From positions 64,287-128,286 of the forward strand of contig NIVC01002971.1 in assembly GCA_002269645.1 (NCBI GenBank): a stretch of DNA of 64,000 nt, written 5' to 3'. Position 1 is the stretch's first letter, and every line of letters starts with the position of its first letter. Of this stretch, positions 62,615 through 64,000 are shown piece after piece. The position numbers and the translations under genes are program-made. The stretch comes from Macrostomum lignano. Lineage: Eukaryota. The notes under the pieces are model-generated. The model was not told the DNA's origin. It saw only the letters and a list, made by a program, of their open reading frames with translations, and did no database searches.

Positions 62615-63310
62615 ATATAGGGAGACAGGGAAAGGTAGAGAAAAAGAGAAGGACAGAGGGAGAGAGGGAGAGAGAGGGAGAGGAGAGAGGAAAAGGGAGA
62701 GGAGAGAAGGAGAGAAGGACAGAGGGAGAGGAGAGAGGGTGAGGAAGAGAAGGAGAGAGGGTGGGGGAGAGAAGGAGAGAGGGAGAGGGAGAGAAGAGGG
62801 GAGACGGGAGACGAGAGGGGGAGGAGAGAGGGAGAGAGAGAGGGGAGAGGGAAAGGGGGAGAGGGAGAGAAAGAGAGAAGGATAGAGGGAAGAGGGAGAG
62901 GGAGAGAAAAAGAGGGAGAGGAGAGAGGGAGAGGGAGAGGGAGAGGTAGAGGGGGAGAGGGAGAGGGGAGAGGGAAAGGGGAGAGGGAGAGAAAGAGAGA
63001 AGGACAGAGGGAGAGAGGAGAGGGAGAGAGAAAAGAGAGGAGAGAGGGAGAGGGAGAGGGGGAGAGGAGAGGGAGAGAAGGAGAGAGGAGAGAGAGAGAA
63101 AAGAGGAGAGGAGAGGGAGAGGGAGAGGAGAGGGAGAGGGAGAGGGAGAGGTAGAGAGAGAGGGAAAGGGAGAGAGGAACAACAAAATAGTGAAAGGGGA
63201 GGGAGAGGTAGAGAAGTGGAAAGATGAAGAGCCAAAGGACTAGACGGAAAGGAGAGAAGGGTGAAAAGATAAAGGGAAGGGAAGGAAAGAAGGGTGGGGA
63301 GGGAGATGGA
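62615..63310. repeat. GA-rich low-complexity tract
   Basis: Directly visible. Confidence 0.9.
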
Positions 63311-63681
63311 ACAGGGAAGGCAAGCATACCATAGGCTTGTAAACAATGCTAGAAATTCTATCGAGTTTCTATGGGAGCATTCAAAAGTACATTTTTCTAC
63401 TCACAATAACGCATAAATAGTGAGCCGTGAAGAAGTCGCACGGATGCTCAAGGAGCAGCGGGCTGGCGATTTGCCCGAGGGCGGTGCTCAGAGAGACGCA
63501 GAGCTGCCCGGAGATCACGAGTTTCCCGACTCGGATAGTAGGGGTTCGAGACATTCGACATCGTCAGGAGAGTCGGGAGGCTGCCAGGCCGGGCGGGGGT
63601 TGCTGGTCTGGCCAGGTGGTGCGAAGGTGCAGAACGGCTCCGGTGAACAGCGTGAGAGTTGAATGCTGCTGGAGCTGCGGA

Positions 63682-64000
63682 GTGAGTGAGTTTATGAGTG
63701 AGTTTATGAGTGAGTTTATGGAGTTTATGGAGTTTATGAGTGAGTTTATGAGTGAGTTTATGAGTCAGTTTATGAGTGAGTTTATGAGTGAGTTTATGAG
63801 TGAGTTTATGAGTGAGTTTATGAGTGAGTTTATGAGTTTATAAATCAGTTATGAGTTTATGAGTCAGTTTATGAGTTTTTAAACCAGTTTGTGAGTTTAT
63901 GAGTCATTTTATGAGTTTATGAGCCAGTTTATGAGTTTATGAGTCAGTTGATGAGTTTATGAGTCACTTTATGAATTCACGAGTAATTTGTGAGTTGGTT
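63682..64000. repeat. 12-bp (GAGTTTATGAGT)n array running to the window edge
   Basis: Directly visible. Confidence 0.85.

Noticed and set aside
63420-63680. GC-rich segment that could be another minus-strand exon of the CCP-like gene
   Set aside because: An acceptor is plausible, but I found no in-phase donor before the stop.

Overview
Repeat-rich eukaryotic (invertebrate) genomic DNA, not prokaryotic: it has GT-AG introns, LTR retrotransposons and many micro/minisatellites. The style suggests a Macrostomum-like flatworm, but this is unverified. Host genes: a multi-exon SPATA1-like gene (minus, runs off the left edge), a complete 3-exon UBE2K (minus, 200 aa), an intronless class-A GPCR, an intronless BIR+RING IAP, and a probable CCP/sushi-like exon. 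Mobile DNA: a decayed Ty3/gypsy element (minus, ~10.3-15.1 kb) split by an 830-bp insertion; a near-intact young Ty3/gypsy (32395-37093) with LTRs differing at one position and a 5-bp TSD; and a near-identical 8.54-kb tandem duplication (~12.57-21.11 kb and 21.11-29.66 kb). The most striking signal is a pair of Crypton-like tyrosine-recombinase (YR) elements: one apparently full length (~50445-52513) and one internally deleted (12509-13344, the gypsy insertion). Despite divergent sequences, they share the same end architecture: CAATG-core direct repeats at both ends, an 86-102 bp palindrome just inside the left end, several TCTATGGC motifs, and one inverted motif at the right end. The duplicated copy of the small element begins with the flipped form of that palindrome.
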